Of a stretch of DNA of 29,139 bases, positions 17,653 to 26,579 are shown piece by piece. The notes beneath the pieces were generated by a model. That model saw only the letters and a program-made list of their open reading frames with translations, was not told the DNA's origin and made no database searches. Source of the DNA: Candidatus Coatesbacteria bacterium (GTDB lineage: Bacteria; JAFGND01); NCBI GenBank assembly GCA_016927185.1, contig JAFGND010000065.1, forward strand, positions 1 through 29,139, in the 5' to 3' direction. A program made the translations under genes and the position numbers. Each line of letters begins with the position of its first letter. Within the stretch, counting starts at the first letter, position 1.

Positions 17653-18864
17653 TTAACAAATCCAGCTATAATTCTCGCTGATAATCTTCTTCCATGTATA
17701 ATTTTCCTTAACAAACTCCCTTGCGTTATTACCTATCTGGTTTCCCAGTTTTTCATTTTCAGATAACTTGATAATAAGCTCAGACAATTCTTCAGGACTA
17801 TTTTTTTCAAGTACAAATCCTGTTTCCCCATTTTTCACAATCTCTGGCAGTATTCCATTATTAGAAACAACTACTGGTAATCCTGATGCCATAGCTTCAA
17901 GAGTCACTAAACCAAACGGTTCTTCCCATAATGGTACAAATACCAGCATACTGGAATTCCTGTAAATTAAAGGCAGTCTTTCATAAGGTACCCAATTAAG
18001 AGGTAGAAAGTTATCACCCGCATCTTTTTCATCGGTATATAAAACTTGCCAATTATTCTTTCTTGAATCTATAAGAGACATGGATTTCTTGAATAAAATG
18101 AAACCTTTCAGTGGATTATTCAACCTTGATGATAAAAAAATCCTGTAGGGATTTGTATGCCGCCTGGATAATGGATAGAATTTTTCAATGTTAACCCCAC
18201 CAGGAACTACATGAACATTCTTATTGTATCTATCAAAAATATTCTTGAACTTATTGTTATATACTATAACACCCTTGACTTTTGACAATGCCTTTATTGC
18301 CCGTCTGTGAGTATTAAACCATCTCCATGAACCTGTTATCATGAATTCATGGAAAAAAATATCAGGATGTAATCTGTCTTTAAGCAAATTCATTGTATAT
18401 CTTGGCAGGCAACACATCAAGCATTTCCATGGATTATCCAGATAATTTAAACTGCAAATAGTTCCATTTCTCCATCTTTTTATATTGTTTGGACAAAGAA
18501 GTTCATGTCCAAAAAACCTCACTATGGTAGGGTATTTTTCGGCAAAAGTCTCTATCAATGGAACTTTGAAAAAATACCCATCCCCAATGAATATTAAATC
18601 AGGCTTGTAATCTTCAACTTTCAAAAGTAAGTTTTTCATATATCTTGAAGGAATCAGCTCTCTTAATCGCACATTTATTGTTTCAACTTGAAAGGGTAGG
18701 GGACTCTCAATCCTGCCTCTTGGATAACTATAATTAAAACAAGGAACGAAAAGTTTTATTTGATTATCAAGTTTGCCTAGTTCCTCAAGAGTATGTTTGA
18801 AATCAACCCATGATCCACCCATTGGTGGCCAGGTGAACATCATATCAATCGCTGCTATTTTCAT
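17653..18864 (-). CDS. Glycosyltransferase family 4
   Basis: WPPMGG, EPFGLVTLEAMASGLPVV, EIVKNGETG. Likely start MKIAAID (ATG 18864). Cys-rich loop C-x12-C-x10-C-x2-CC. Confidence 0.9.
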   Translation of the reverse strand: MKIAAIDMMFTWPPMGGSWVDFKHTLEELGKLDNQIKLFVPCFNYSYPRGRIESPLPFQVETINVRLRELIPSRYMKNLLLKVEDYKPDLIFIGDGYFFKVPLIETFAEKYPTIVRFFGHELLCPNNIKRWRNGTICSLNYLDNPWKCLMCCLPRYTMNLLKDRLHPDIFFHEFMITGSWRWFNTHRRAIKALSKVKGVIVYNNKFKNIFDRYNKNVHVVPGGVNIEKFYPLSRRHTNPYRIFLSSRLNNPLKGFILFKKSMSLIDSRKNNWQVLYTDEKDAGDNFLPLNWVPYERLPLIYRNSSMLVFVPLWEEPFGLVTLEAMASGLPVVVSNNGILPEIVKNGETGFVLEKNSPEELSELIIKLSENEKLGNQIGNNAREFVKENYTWKKIISENYSWIC

Positions 18865-20398
18865 TTTTTGAATTCTCAATTTCTAATACGTCAAGTGATT
18901 GAATCTCATCTTCTGTGGCAAGAATCAAGGTTTTTTCTTCAGGTTCTCTGGTTATTCTCTTGAATGGATTTAATCTATTTCTCAGATTATCCCAATCTAT
19001 CATGGCAGTTTCTCTTACGCTTCTTATTGTAAGATATAAACCTAATGGACCCAAAATCCCATTAGCTAACCACATTGAAACTAACGGTGTAAGAATTAGC
19101 CTGTCAGCAAGTTTTTCTCCAGTCATTATAAATATCCAGTAAACAACAAAAAATCCCATTGAAATACCTATACCAATACCTATTCCACCACCTCTACTCA
19201 TCATACCAAGTGGTATGCCAAGTAAAACAAACACAAAACAAGCGAAAGGCATTGAGTATTTTTTATGGACTTCTACCATATATTTTGCTATTTCCTTCTC
19301 TAGCCTTTTAATTTCATCTATGTGTGTGTTCAGTCTGGAACTGAACTGAGAATCATTTGAAAATGCTTCTGAATACCTCTGTTTTCTCAATCTCTCCTGA
19401 TTGATTTTTGATTGCTGAGAAGAAGGATTAAGCCCTAATGCATTATAATTTATTTCTAACAGGGGATATGGCAATAATATCGCTTCAGTAGTATCCTCTT
19501 CAATAACTGCTTTTTCATCCATATTTAACAGGTATCTGATCCTGTTTTCTACTTCAAGTGAAATATCCTCTTTTTGTCCTGCTATTTCCTGGTTCCATCC
19601 ATAAATCAACATCAGCATATCTTGCGCACTCATTTCCCTATCACCACGCTGTGTCCTTGAGGTGCGTCTTAATGAAGCATTGCTTTTAATGTTGATTACA
19701 TTTTCCTTGAAAACAATTCTTTTATATCCTTTTGGATCATTATTATCAATTTCATGTACCTCTCCATCATAAAGCACTATTTTGAGTCTTTGTCCATTAT
19801 CAAGATAGTTCATTTCTGCTTTTTCAGCAACAATTGTAGTAGGAGGCCCATTTTGATTAGGTTCATAGATGATCACACCATACGCAACTGGTTTTTTTTC
19901 ATCTTTCTTGCGAACAAGTATCTCATAATCGCTTTCAAATTTCGTAAAAATACCTTCCTTAATATCAAGCATTGGACTTTTTTGATTTATATCCATCAGC
20001 AGATTCTTCAATCTATGATTAGTATTGGGGAGAATCTGGTTATTGAAATAAATCATTCCTATAAATACAATAAGAGAGAATATTGATGGAGCAATTATTA
20101 GTCTATAAAGACTTACACCGGATGATTTAAAGGAAATTATTTCATTATCTCCGCTTAATCTACCAAATGAAACAACCATAGCCACCAAAACACTCATTGG
20201 TATAGTTACTGCAAACATGAAAGGCAGACTCAAACCAACCACTTCTAGCACTATCCATACATCCAGTCCCTTTGAGATTATCATATCCATCATTCTTAAA
20301 AGCCTGTTCAGAAGCAGGATCATCGTTAGAAGTAATAATGCATATAAAAAAGGACCTATGATTTCCTTGAAAATGTATCTATCTATAATCTTTATCAT
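18845..20398 (-). CDS. lptF: LptF/LptG (YjgP/YjgQ) family LPS export permease, LptF-like
   Basis: IIDRYIFKE, FGRLSGDNEI..KSSGVS, EVHKKYSMPFAC..LLGIPLG, WLANGIL. 3+3 TM layout with a long periplasmic region. Confidence 0.85.
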   Translation of the reverse strand: MIKIIDRYIFKEIIGPFLYALLLLTMILLLNRLLRMMDMIISKGLDVWIVLEVVGLSLPFMFAVTIPMSVLVAMVVSFGRLSGDNEIISFKSSGVSLYRLIIAPSIFSLIVFIGMIYFNNQILPNTNHRLKNLLMDINQKSPMLDIKEGIFTKFESDYEILVRKKDEKKPVAYGVIIYEPNQNGPPTTIVAEKAEMNYLDNGQRLKIVLYDGEVHEIDNNDPKGYKRIVFKENVINIKSNASLRRTSRTQRGDREMSAQDMLMLIYGWNQEIAGQKEDISLEVENRIRYLLNMDEKAVIEEDTTEAILLPYPLLEINYNALGLNPSSQQSKINQERLRKQRYSEAFSNDSQFSSRLNTHIDEIKRLEKEIAKYMVEVHKKYSMPFACFVFVLLGIPLGMMSRGGGIGIGIGISMGFFVVYWIFIMTGEKLADRLILTPLVSMWLANGILGPLGLYLTIRSVRETAMIDWDNLRNRLNPFKRITREPEEKTLILATEDEIQSLDVLEIENSKNENSSD

Positions 20399-20466
20399 GA
20401 TTTATGCGAATAGCTTTATTATAAAAGAATCGGTCAAGTATTTTGATAAAAAACATATACTGTCAA

Positions 20467-20976
20467 CTAATAGTCTTCCTGTGTTGGTGTTGCACCAATT
20501 TGTACATTAGCAAATTTGGGAATTTTTATAACAAGTAACTTGTCATATTCTTCAAAATCATTAACTTCCTCAAGTTTTTCTTCTGGTAATTGATCTTCCC
20601 TATCTAAGTCTGTTCTTTTTCTATATCTGACAATCAAGACTCTGCTTTTTTGTGATTTTGGCTTCCAGACGGTTATTTCATCTCCAACGCCTTCTTTAAT
20701 GAATATTGCACCGAGTATTGCCCCTTCAGGAAGTTCCCATGGACCTTCCCTCATGTCCCAGCCTTGCCCCTCATATGTACCGATTACATATCTTTTTTCA
20801 GTATTTCTATCTACAACTAATGTCAGTCTGGTAAGATTTTTACCTTTCATATTCTGGTGAGGAATTTTTTCGAATTCCCAGTATATCTCTACTTTTGGTA
20901 GTTTTCTTGGATCCATCCAAGCTGGTGGAGTATCAGAGAGAAAGTGAAAGAAGAAAAACATCAATAAAATATTCAC
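20467..20976 (-). CDS. Hypothetical protein, possibly exported
   Basis: GTG start overlaps the rluD stop. Short hydrophobic N-terminus and no recognisable motif. Confidence 0.6.
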   Translation of the reverse strand: MNILLMFFFFHFLSDTPPAWMDPRKLPKVEIYWEFEKIPHQNMKGKNLTRLTLVVDRNTEKRYVIGTYEGQGWDMREGPWELPEGAILGAIFIKEGVGDEITVWKPKSQKSRVLIVRYRKRTDLDREDQLPEEKLEEVNDFEEYDKLLVIKIPKFANVQIGATPTQEDY

Positions 20977-21962
20977 TTATTGATGCTTTCTTTTATAATG
21001 AATGATTTTACAGAATGCAATATTTCTGTAAAATCATCTGAGAGAGGTGCCCTGAATATCATTTTGTTATTATTTCTTGGATGAAAAAACTGCAAGTAAC
21101 TTGAATGCAGCAATTGCCTGTTTACTTTCTTTTTTATTATCAATGCTGCTGATTTATTAGCATTTATCTGCTTGATTTTTCTATCGTCATTACCATACAA
21201 GTTATCTCCCACAATCGGGAATCCTGCATCAGATAATTGAATCCTTAACTGGTGAGTTCTTCCTGTCAAGGGAAAAGCTTCCAGCAAACAGAAACCAGGA
21301 TAATATTTCAAGACTTTGAAATTTGTTTTTGAATATCTTCCTCCTTCTCTTACTATTCTTTGTTTTTCATGATTTTTATTACTTCTTTCTATCATATTCT
21401 CTATAATAAATTCGCTTTTTGGTGGATAGCCCCAGACTAGAGCAAGATATCTTTTCAGGACGTTATGTTCTTTGAAATCCTTCATAAGAGATCTATGGGT
21501 GTCATCATTTTTAGCTATAACCATACAACCAGATGTATTCTTATCGAGTCTATGCACAATTCCTAATCTATGCTCTCCACCAATGCTTGAGAGGCTTCTT
21601 GTATGATGTAATAATCCATGCACCATAGTATTGTCAAGATTGCCAGCTCCTGGATGAACTACCATAAAAGGTGGTTTGTTTATTATTATAAGATCATCGT
21701 CCTCATAAATGATATTCAACTTCATATCAACAGGGGTTATCTTCATAGGAGCAATTTCAGTAATCTCTATGGTAATAGTATCTTTTTTCTGAACACAATA
21801 ACTAGGCTTCACTTTCCTGTTATTAACCAGGATTTTTTCTTCTCTTAGTAAGTTTCTAAAATAAGTCCTTGATTTGTTAGGCATGATCTTGAAAAGAAAG
21901 ATATCTATTCTTACAGATTCAATTATAGAAGAAACAGAGAACTGGCTTCTGCCAGTTTCCAC
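20973..21962 (-). CDS. rluD: RluA/RluD-family 23S rRNA pseudouridine synthase
   Basis: N-terminal S4 domain, INKP..VVHPG, GIVHRLDKNTSG, TGRTHQLR, GDNLYG, LHS. Confidence 0.88.
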   Translation of the reverse strand: METGRSQFSVSSIIESVRIDIFLFKIMPNKSRTYFRNLLREEKILVNNRKVKPSYCVQKKDTITIEITEIAPMKITPVDMKLNIIYEDDDLIIINKPPFMVVHPGAGNLDNTMVHGLLHHTRSLSSIGGEHRLGIVHRLDKNTSGCMVIAKNDDTHRSLMKDFKEHNVLKRYLALVWGYPPKSEFIIENMIERSNKNHEKQRIVREGGRYSKTNFKVLKYYPGFCLLEAFPLTGRTHQLRIQLSDAGFPIVGDNLYGNDDRKIKQINANKSAALIIKKKVNRQLLHSSYLQFFHPRNNNKMIFRAPLSDDFTEILHSVKSFIIKESINK

Positions 21963-21964
21963 AT

Positions 21965-22459
21965 TTAACCTTCCTTAGAAATCAGTTCGTTCTCTTCTGT
22001 ATGTTCATCTTCTTTTTTTAGAAGAACTAAATATAAATAGAATGCAATTCCTATTGTAACAGCAATATCAGCAAAATTAAAAACTGGCCAGTTTATATTT
22101 TTATAACCTATTAATATGAAATCAGTTACTTTTCCATATAGTAACCTGTCTAATACATTCCCAACTGCACCTCCAGCTATTAATGCAATAGAAAACCTTT
22201 TCCAATTGCATTTTTTAGGGATATAAAGATAAAATATGAATACAAAAAGAACTGTCAGCACTGATGTTATTTTAAAAATCAAAGGATTTCCAAGAGTTAT
22301 TCCAAATGCAACTCCATCATTTTTTACATGATGAAGTCTCACTATCCTCCACAGGATATTAACTGGTGATGAATTTAATGCTATTCTTGATATAATCAAT
22401 GCCTTGCTTACTTGATCAACGATAAGTATTCCAAGAAAAATAACCAGATCTCTTATCAA
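21965..22459 (-). CDS. lspA: Lipoprotein signal peptidase (downstream copy)
   Basis: DQVSK, NDGVAFG, GGAVGNVLDR, VTDFI, PVFNFAD. Confidence 0.92.
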   Translation of the reverse strand: MIRDLVIFLGILIVDQVSKALIISRIALNSSPVNILWRIVRLHHVKNDGVAFGITLGNPLIFKITSVLTVLFVFIFYLYIPKKCNWKRFSIALIAGGAVGNVLDRLLYGKVTDFILIGYKNINWPVFNFADIAVTIGIAFYLYLVLLKKEDEHTEENELISKEG

Positions 22460-22965
22460 TCCTGCTCCTTTTTAAGTTCATAATTAGCAGGAGATTTATT
22501 TGGGATTAGGTTGTTTTCTTGCATCTTATAGAAAAAGTATAGGTAATAAGCTATTCCAGCTGTAATTGCTATGTCAGCAATATTCAATACTGGCCAATTT
22601 ACATTTTTATAACCTATTAATATGAAATCTGTAACTTTTCCATATGCTATTCTGTCGACAAGATTCCCGAATGCTCCTCCAGCAATCAGGGCGATAGCTA
22701 ACCTCTTGCTTTTATTAGCTGCTGGTGTTAGAAAGTAGAATATTATAACAATAAAAGCAGTAAGCACTGATATAATTCTGTAAATTAATGGATTGAATAA
22801 TGTTATGCCAAATGCAATTCCGTCATTTTCAACATGATGAAGCTTAATTATATGCCATAAAATATTCACTGAATGGGAATTTAGTGGAAGAAGTGATATT
22901 ATAATCTTTTTAGTTATTTGGTCAGTAAAGAGGATGCTCATAAAGATTAATAAATCACGAACCAA
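22456..22965 (-). CDS. lspA: Lipoprotein signal peptidase (upstream paralogue)
   Basis: DQITK, NDGIAFG, GGAFGNLVDR, VTDFI, PVLNIAD. Confidence 0.9.
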   Translation of the reverse strand: MVRDLLIFMSILFTDQITKKIIISLLPLNSHSVNILWHIIKLHHVENDGIAFGITLFNPLIYRIISVLTAFIVIIFYFLTPAANKSKRLAIALIAGGAFGNLVDRIAYGKVTDFILIGYKNVNWPVLNIADIAITAGIAYYLYFFYKMQENNLIPNKSPANYELKKEQD

Positions 22966-23317
22966 TATTCTTCTCCAAATCTTCTATGCAGTCAATGCAG
23001 TAAATAGCATAAGGTTTTATCTCAAGCCTCCTATGCGAAATATTTGTATTGCATCTTTCACAAATTCCGTAATCTCCATTGTCTATTTTTTTTAGAGCTT
23101 CCTCAATCCAATATAAAATATCAGTCTCATTACTTGCCAGAAGATATGAGTGCTCTCTCTCTGAAGTTCCCAGGGACTTATCAACAATATCATCTCCTGA
23201 AGAATCATCTGATTTTAAAGAGTCTTCTTGAACCCGTCTTACAACTTTCAGAAGTTTTTCTTTCTCTTTTAGTAACTTATTTTTATAATATTTAAGTTCT
23301 TTTTCATTCATAATCAT
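22955..23317 (-). CDS. TraR/DksA C4-type zinc-finger protein
   Basis: Coiled coil with DIVDKS tip, then YGICERC..RL..PYAIYCIDC. Confidence 0.9.
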   Translation of the reverse strand: MIMNEKELKYYKNKLLKEKEKLLKVVRRVQEDSLKSDDSSGDDIVDKSLGTSEREHSYLLASNETDILYWIEEALKKIDNGDYGICERCNTNISHRRLEIKPYAIYCIDCIEDLEKNIGS

Positions 23318-23907
23318 TTCTCTTTCTTTAGAATCAGGTTATCCAAATCCCTATTATACAAACTTTCAGTCAAGGCAATAGATGAGACAGAATAATTCAA
23401 TGAATAGGCAGCTATTGCCTCAGGAGTTAACCCTATGCATGAAGCTCCCAGTTTTCTAGCCATCATTTTATCTGCATTTGTTATTAATGGATAGTGATTG
23501 GATGAAAGCTGAATTCCAATAGCTGGTTTTAGCCCTTTTTTAGAGTAATAATCAAAATTCCTTTCAAGTATTTCCTGATCATAGAGATTATCAAGATCAA
23601 TAAAAGGTGATTTATTCTCGGGTAGTTTTTTACCAATGAGAGGATTAAATCCCCAGAGATTTATATGATCTTTAATAATTAATATCTCACGATTTTCTTC
23701 AAGAATGTGCATTTGAGATATTATTGTCAGTTCAGTTTTATCTTTCCTTGATTCAACAAGGAAATCCCAAATCTCTTTTTTAAGATAGCCTCCCTTGTAA
23801 CGAACAACTATATTATCCTTGCTGTTTTCTATATGAATATCCTTTCTATACTTTTCAGTAAAAAGAATTGGTCTTTGGAAAAATGGAATTAGAATGATTG
23901 AGTTCAT
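23314..23907 (-). CDS. Degenerate purine-nucleoside-phosphorylase-like protein
   Basis: IIKDHINLWGFNPLIG, FIDLDNLYDQE and KMMARKLGASCIG..PEAIAA match the C-terminal part of trimeric PNP. Confidence 0.7.
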   Translation of the reverse strand: MNSIILIPFFQRPILFTEKYRKDIHIENSKDNIVVRYKGGYLKKEIWDFLVESRKDKTELTIISQMHILEENREILIIKDHINLWGFNPLIGKKLPENKSPFIDLDNLYDQEILERNFDYYSKKGLKPAIGIQLSSNHYPLITNADKMMARKLGASCIGLTPEAIAAYSLNYSVSSIALTESLYNRDLDNLILKKEK

Positions 23908-23910
23908 GAT

Positions 23911-24213
23911 TTATTTAAACAAGGGTATAACATATTCATTATAAGCTAGTTTCAAAGCACTTTGAACCAGAATCACCAGAAAAGTTAGAATAAATGGAGA
24001 GAAATCGATATTATAAAACCTGCATGGGATATATCTTGAGATAAAGCGCAATGGAGGATCCGTTATTTTATAAATTACTACTACTATGGGATTGTATCTA
24101 TTTGCTTCTATCCAGGATATTACCACTCGTATCAAGACGGTCCATAAATATAGATTCAAAATAAGATTTATCAGATGGTAAAACAAACCTATTATTATCC
24201 CCAAAAACTTCAT
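23911..24213 (-). CDS. yggT: YggT-family membrane protein
   Basis: IRVVISWI..YNPIV..ITDPPL..IDFSP. Confidence 0.9.
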   Translation of the reverse strand: MKFLGIIIGLFYHLINLILNLYLWTVLIRVVISWIEANRYNPIVVVIYKITDPPLRFISRYIPCRFYNIDFSPFILTFLVILVQSALKLAYNEYVIPLFK

Positions 24214-24224
24214 AATTAAATAAC

Positions 24225-24254
24225 ATTATATTAAAATATTGACTAAAAAGTCAA
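24225..24254 (-). promoter_or_regulatory. Sigma70-like promoter of the yggT-rluD operon
   Basis: Minus strand TTGACT, 18 bp, TATAAT, ending 11 nt before the yggT ATG. The -35 is half of the palindrome TTGACTAAAAAGTCAA (24239-24254). Confidence 0.65.
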
Positions 24255-24313
24255 CTTGATTTTTTTAATCCAACTATAATTATAAATGGTAAACCTGAAT
24301 GAAGAAATAAGGC

Positions 24314-25906
24314 ATGGAAGAATTTGAAAATAGAACTGAACTGAAGGTTGGCTTCAAAAAACTTGCTCCTAAGCGAGCTGAATTCAGTGTCGGTTATCTT
24401 TTTTACCAGCCAGAGAGAGATACTGTGCTGCTAAAAAAAGGAGTTATGGGACTTGTCGTTCAAACCGCTTCTTCTGCACCGACTTCAGAGGATCATTCTC
24501 AAATATTGATAAACAGCATAAAAGAAAATTATTATAAAACAGCATTTACAATTCCAACAGAAGAGGCAATAAAACAAGCAGTTGCTCAAAGCATTCATGA
24601 TTTTTATATAAATCAAACCAAGACAGAAATTTCTTTTTCTCTATCCCTGGTGGTAATTACCAAAGACGTCGCATATTTCCTGAGAAAATACTCAGGAATG
24701 GTAATAACTCAAAGACTTGATAATATAAGAATTCAAGGTTTATCACAATCAGAAGAAAGTGAAGATCCTAAAACCTTGATTGAAGAGAATCTGATTGTAA
24801 CTTTTGAAAAAATGAAGGGTGGTGATAAATACTTAATAGCAACGGAAGATACTTCTAATTGGTTATCGCATGAGAAACTAAGGGATTTTTTGAAAACCCA
24901 GCCACCTCAAGTAGTAACAGATGAGCTAGTTCTTTTGATCAGACCTAACTGTGAATATGGTTTCTCTGCTTTAGTTGTTCAAGTAGATAATGTTGAAGAG
25001 CTTAATCTTTCATATAGTTCTCAACATAGAGATTTAGGTGAATTCATACGGCGTTATGGACATTACATGCTAATAATTACTTTAATTGGTATTGTTATTA
25101 TCTTTCTGCTATTGCGAAGTTTCTTACCTTCGTCTGGCAAACAAAACAGGTATTCAACAGAGAAAATAATCCCATCAATAACTGAAACACCAAGAATTGC
25201 AAGAGATTCTCTTGCTAAGGTACCTGATGATGCAGAAGATAAAACCCAAGCTGATTCTACAAATCTACCAATAACAAAGAATAATAATAACTTACTAAAA
25301 CAAAATGCTTTTCAAATTTCCAGTGAACAAGTTGATGATGCTTTCAGAAAAGGAAAATCAACCTTGAAGAAAGATAAGAAGAAGGTAAATCCTGAAAGAA
25401 TATCTTATATAAGAGTTTTATTATATCATGCTATAAATGATCAAATGATACTTTCTGCTGAATCAAAAAAAGGTGAATTTTTACCTTATAGTTCGAAAAA
25501 CAAATCCATTCTAATTCCGGAAGATCATCTAATGACTGATTTTTTCAGTATTATTGTTTGTTTGCCTGATGGAGAAGAGAAATATAAGTATTTCCTGAAC
25601 AGTTCAGAGGAAGAATTCGAATTATCGAAGTTTTTGAAGAAAAAGAAAAGCAAACTAAAGAAGGTTAGGGTTTTAATTTATAAACCCGAGAAAGCTGGAA
25701 GATCACTTTTAAGATGGGATACTGGTGTCATAAATGTTTCAGAAACTAAATCAATCCCCTTAACTAGCAGTGGTGAATTTCAGAGAATAGAGGCAGATAA
25801 ATCAAAACTGTATATACAGCTTGGCGGCTATACAAGAGAATCTGCTTCAGCAAAAATAGCTATCTCTGCAAAAGTCTCAATTTTACCTGCTGAAGAGAAA
25901 CAATAA
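24314..25906 (+). CDS. Single-pass membrane protein with an N-terminal degenerate PP2C/PPM-like domain
   Basis: GDKYLIATED..WLSHEKL..PQVVTDELV..GFSALVVQV mirrors the PP2C C-terminal pattern. One TM (about aa 251-270), a low-complexity linker and an unknown C-terminal domain follow. Confidence 0.6.
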   Translation: MEEFENRTELKVGFKKLAPKRAEFSVGYLFYQPERDTVLLKKGVMGLVVQTASSAPTSEDHSQILINSIKENYYKTAFTIPTEEAIKQAVAQSIHDFYINQTKTEISFSLSLVVITKDVAYFLRKYSGMVITQRLDNIRIQGLSQSEESEDPKTLIEENLIVTFEKMKGGDKYLIATEDTSNWLSHEKLRDFLKTQPPQVVTDELVLLIRPNCEYGFSALVVQVDNVEELNLSYSSQHRDLGEFIRRYGHYMLIITLIGIVIIFLLLRSFLPSSGKQNRYSTEKIIPSITETPRIARDSLAKVPDDAEDKTQADSTNLPITKNNNNLLKQNAFQISSEQVDDAFRKGKSTLKKDKKKVNPERISYIRVLLYHAINDQMILSAESKKGEFLPYSSKNKSILIPEDHLMTDFFSIIVCLPDGEEKYKYFLNSSEEEFELSKFLKKKKSKLKKVRVLIYKPEKAGRSLLRWDTGVINVSETKSIPLTSSGEFQRIEADKSKLYIQLGGYTRESASAKIAISAKVSILPAEEKQ

Positions 25907-25970
25907 CAGTTTTCAGGTATATTTTTTGCTTGTTTTCAATAGAAAGGTAATTTATCTATTTTAATACAAG

Positions 25971-26375
25971 ATGAAAAAAGACAATCAAGAGAGAAGTTTT
26001 TCATCCAGATTAATATTACTTATTGATGATAGTGATATGTTAAGGGAGTTTGCTAAAATACTCCTTGAAAAAGAAGGATATACTATTCTTTGTGCAAAAG
26101 ATGGTTATGAGGCAATAAGCATTTTCCAAGAAAACAAAGCTTTCATAATGCTTGTAATTCTTGATTTAAATATGCCAGGAATTTCTGGAAAGGAATGTTT
26201 CAAAGTAATAAGGGAAATACTACCTGGTATTCCGGTAATAATTGCTTCTGGCTATATTGCACCAGAGATGAGTTACTATTTCACTTCATCTGGAAAATGC
26301 CAGATAATAACAAAACCTTATCAGATTCAGGAATTACTTACTATGGTTTCAGACTCTATTCAACCAGTGGCATAG
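25971..26375 (+). CDS. Single-domain response regulator (CheY-like receiver)
   Basis: LLIDDS, LDLNMPG (phospho-Asp), IIASG, TKPY. Confidence 0.92.
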   Translation: MKKDNQERSFSSRLILLIDDSDMLREFAKILLEKEGYTILCAKDGYEAISIFQENKAFIMLVILDLNMPGISGKECFKVIREILPGIPVIIASGYIAPEMSYYFTSSGKCQIITKPYQIQELLTMVSDSIQPVA

Positions 26376-26453
26376 AATTTGCTATATTTTATTTTAGAAA
26401 TCATATGTTTTATAAATTCGGCTGTATGATAGAAACGTGAAAGGAATAACTAA

Positions 26454-26579
26454 ATGAGTGTTGTAAAAATACAACATATTAAAAGGATGAATATAAGAAA
26501 TCCTCATTTAGGAGCAGCATTGATAATTCTTCTTGGCGCTTTCTTCCTAGTAATACCAATACTAACAACCGCTCCCTAA
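26454..26579 (+). CDS. Putative 41-aa single-TM peptide (not in the ORF track)
   Basis: AAGGA 8 nt before the ATG. Translation MSVVKIQHIKRMNIRNPHLGAALIILLGAFFLVIPILTTAP. A terminator follows. Confidence 0.45.
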   Translation: MSVVKIQHIKRMNIRNPHLGAALIILLGAFFLVIPILTTAP

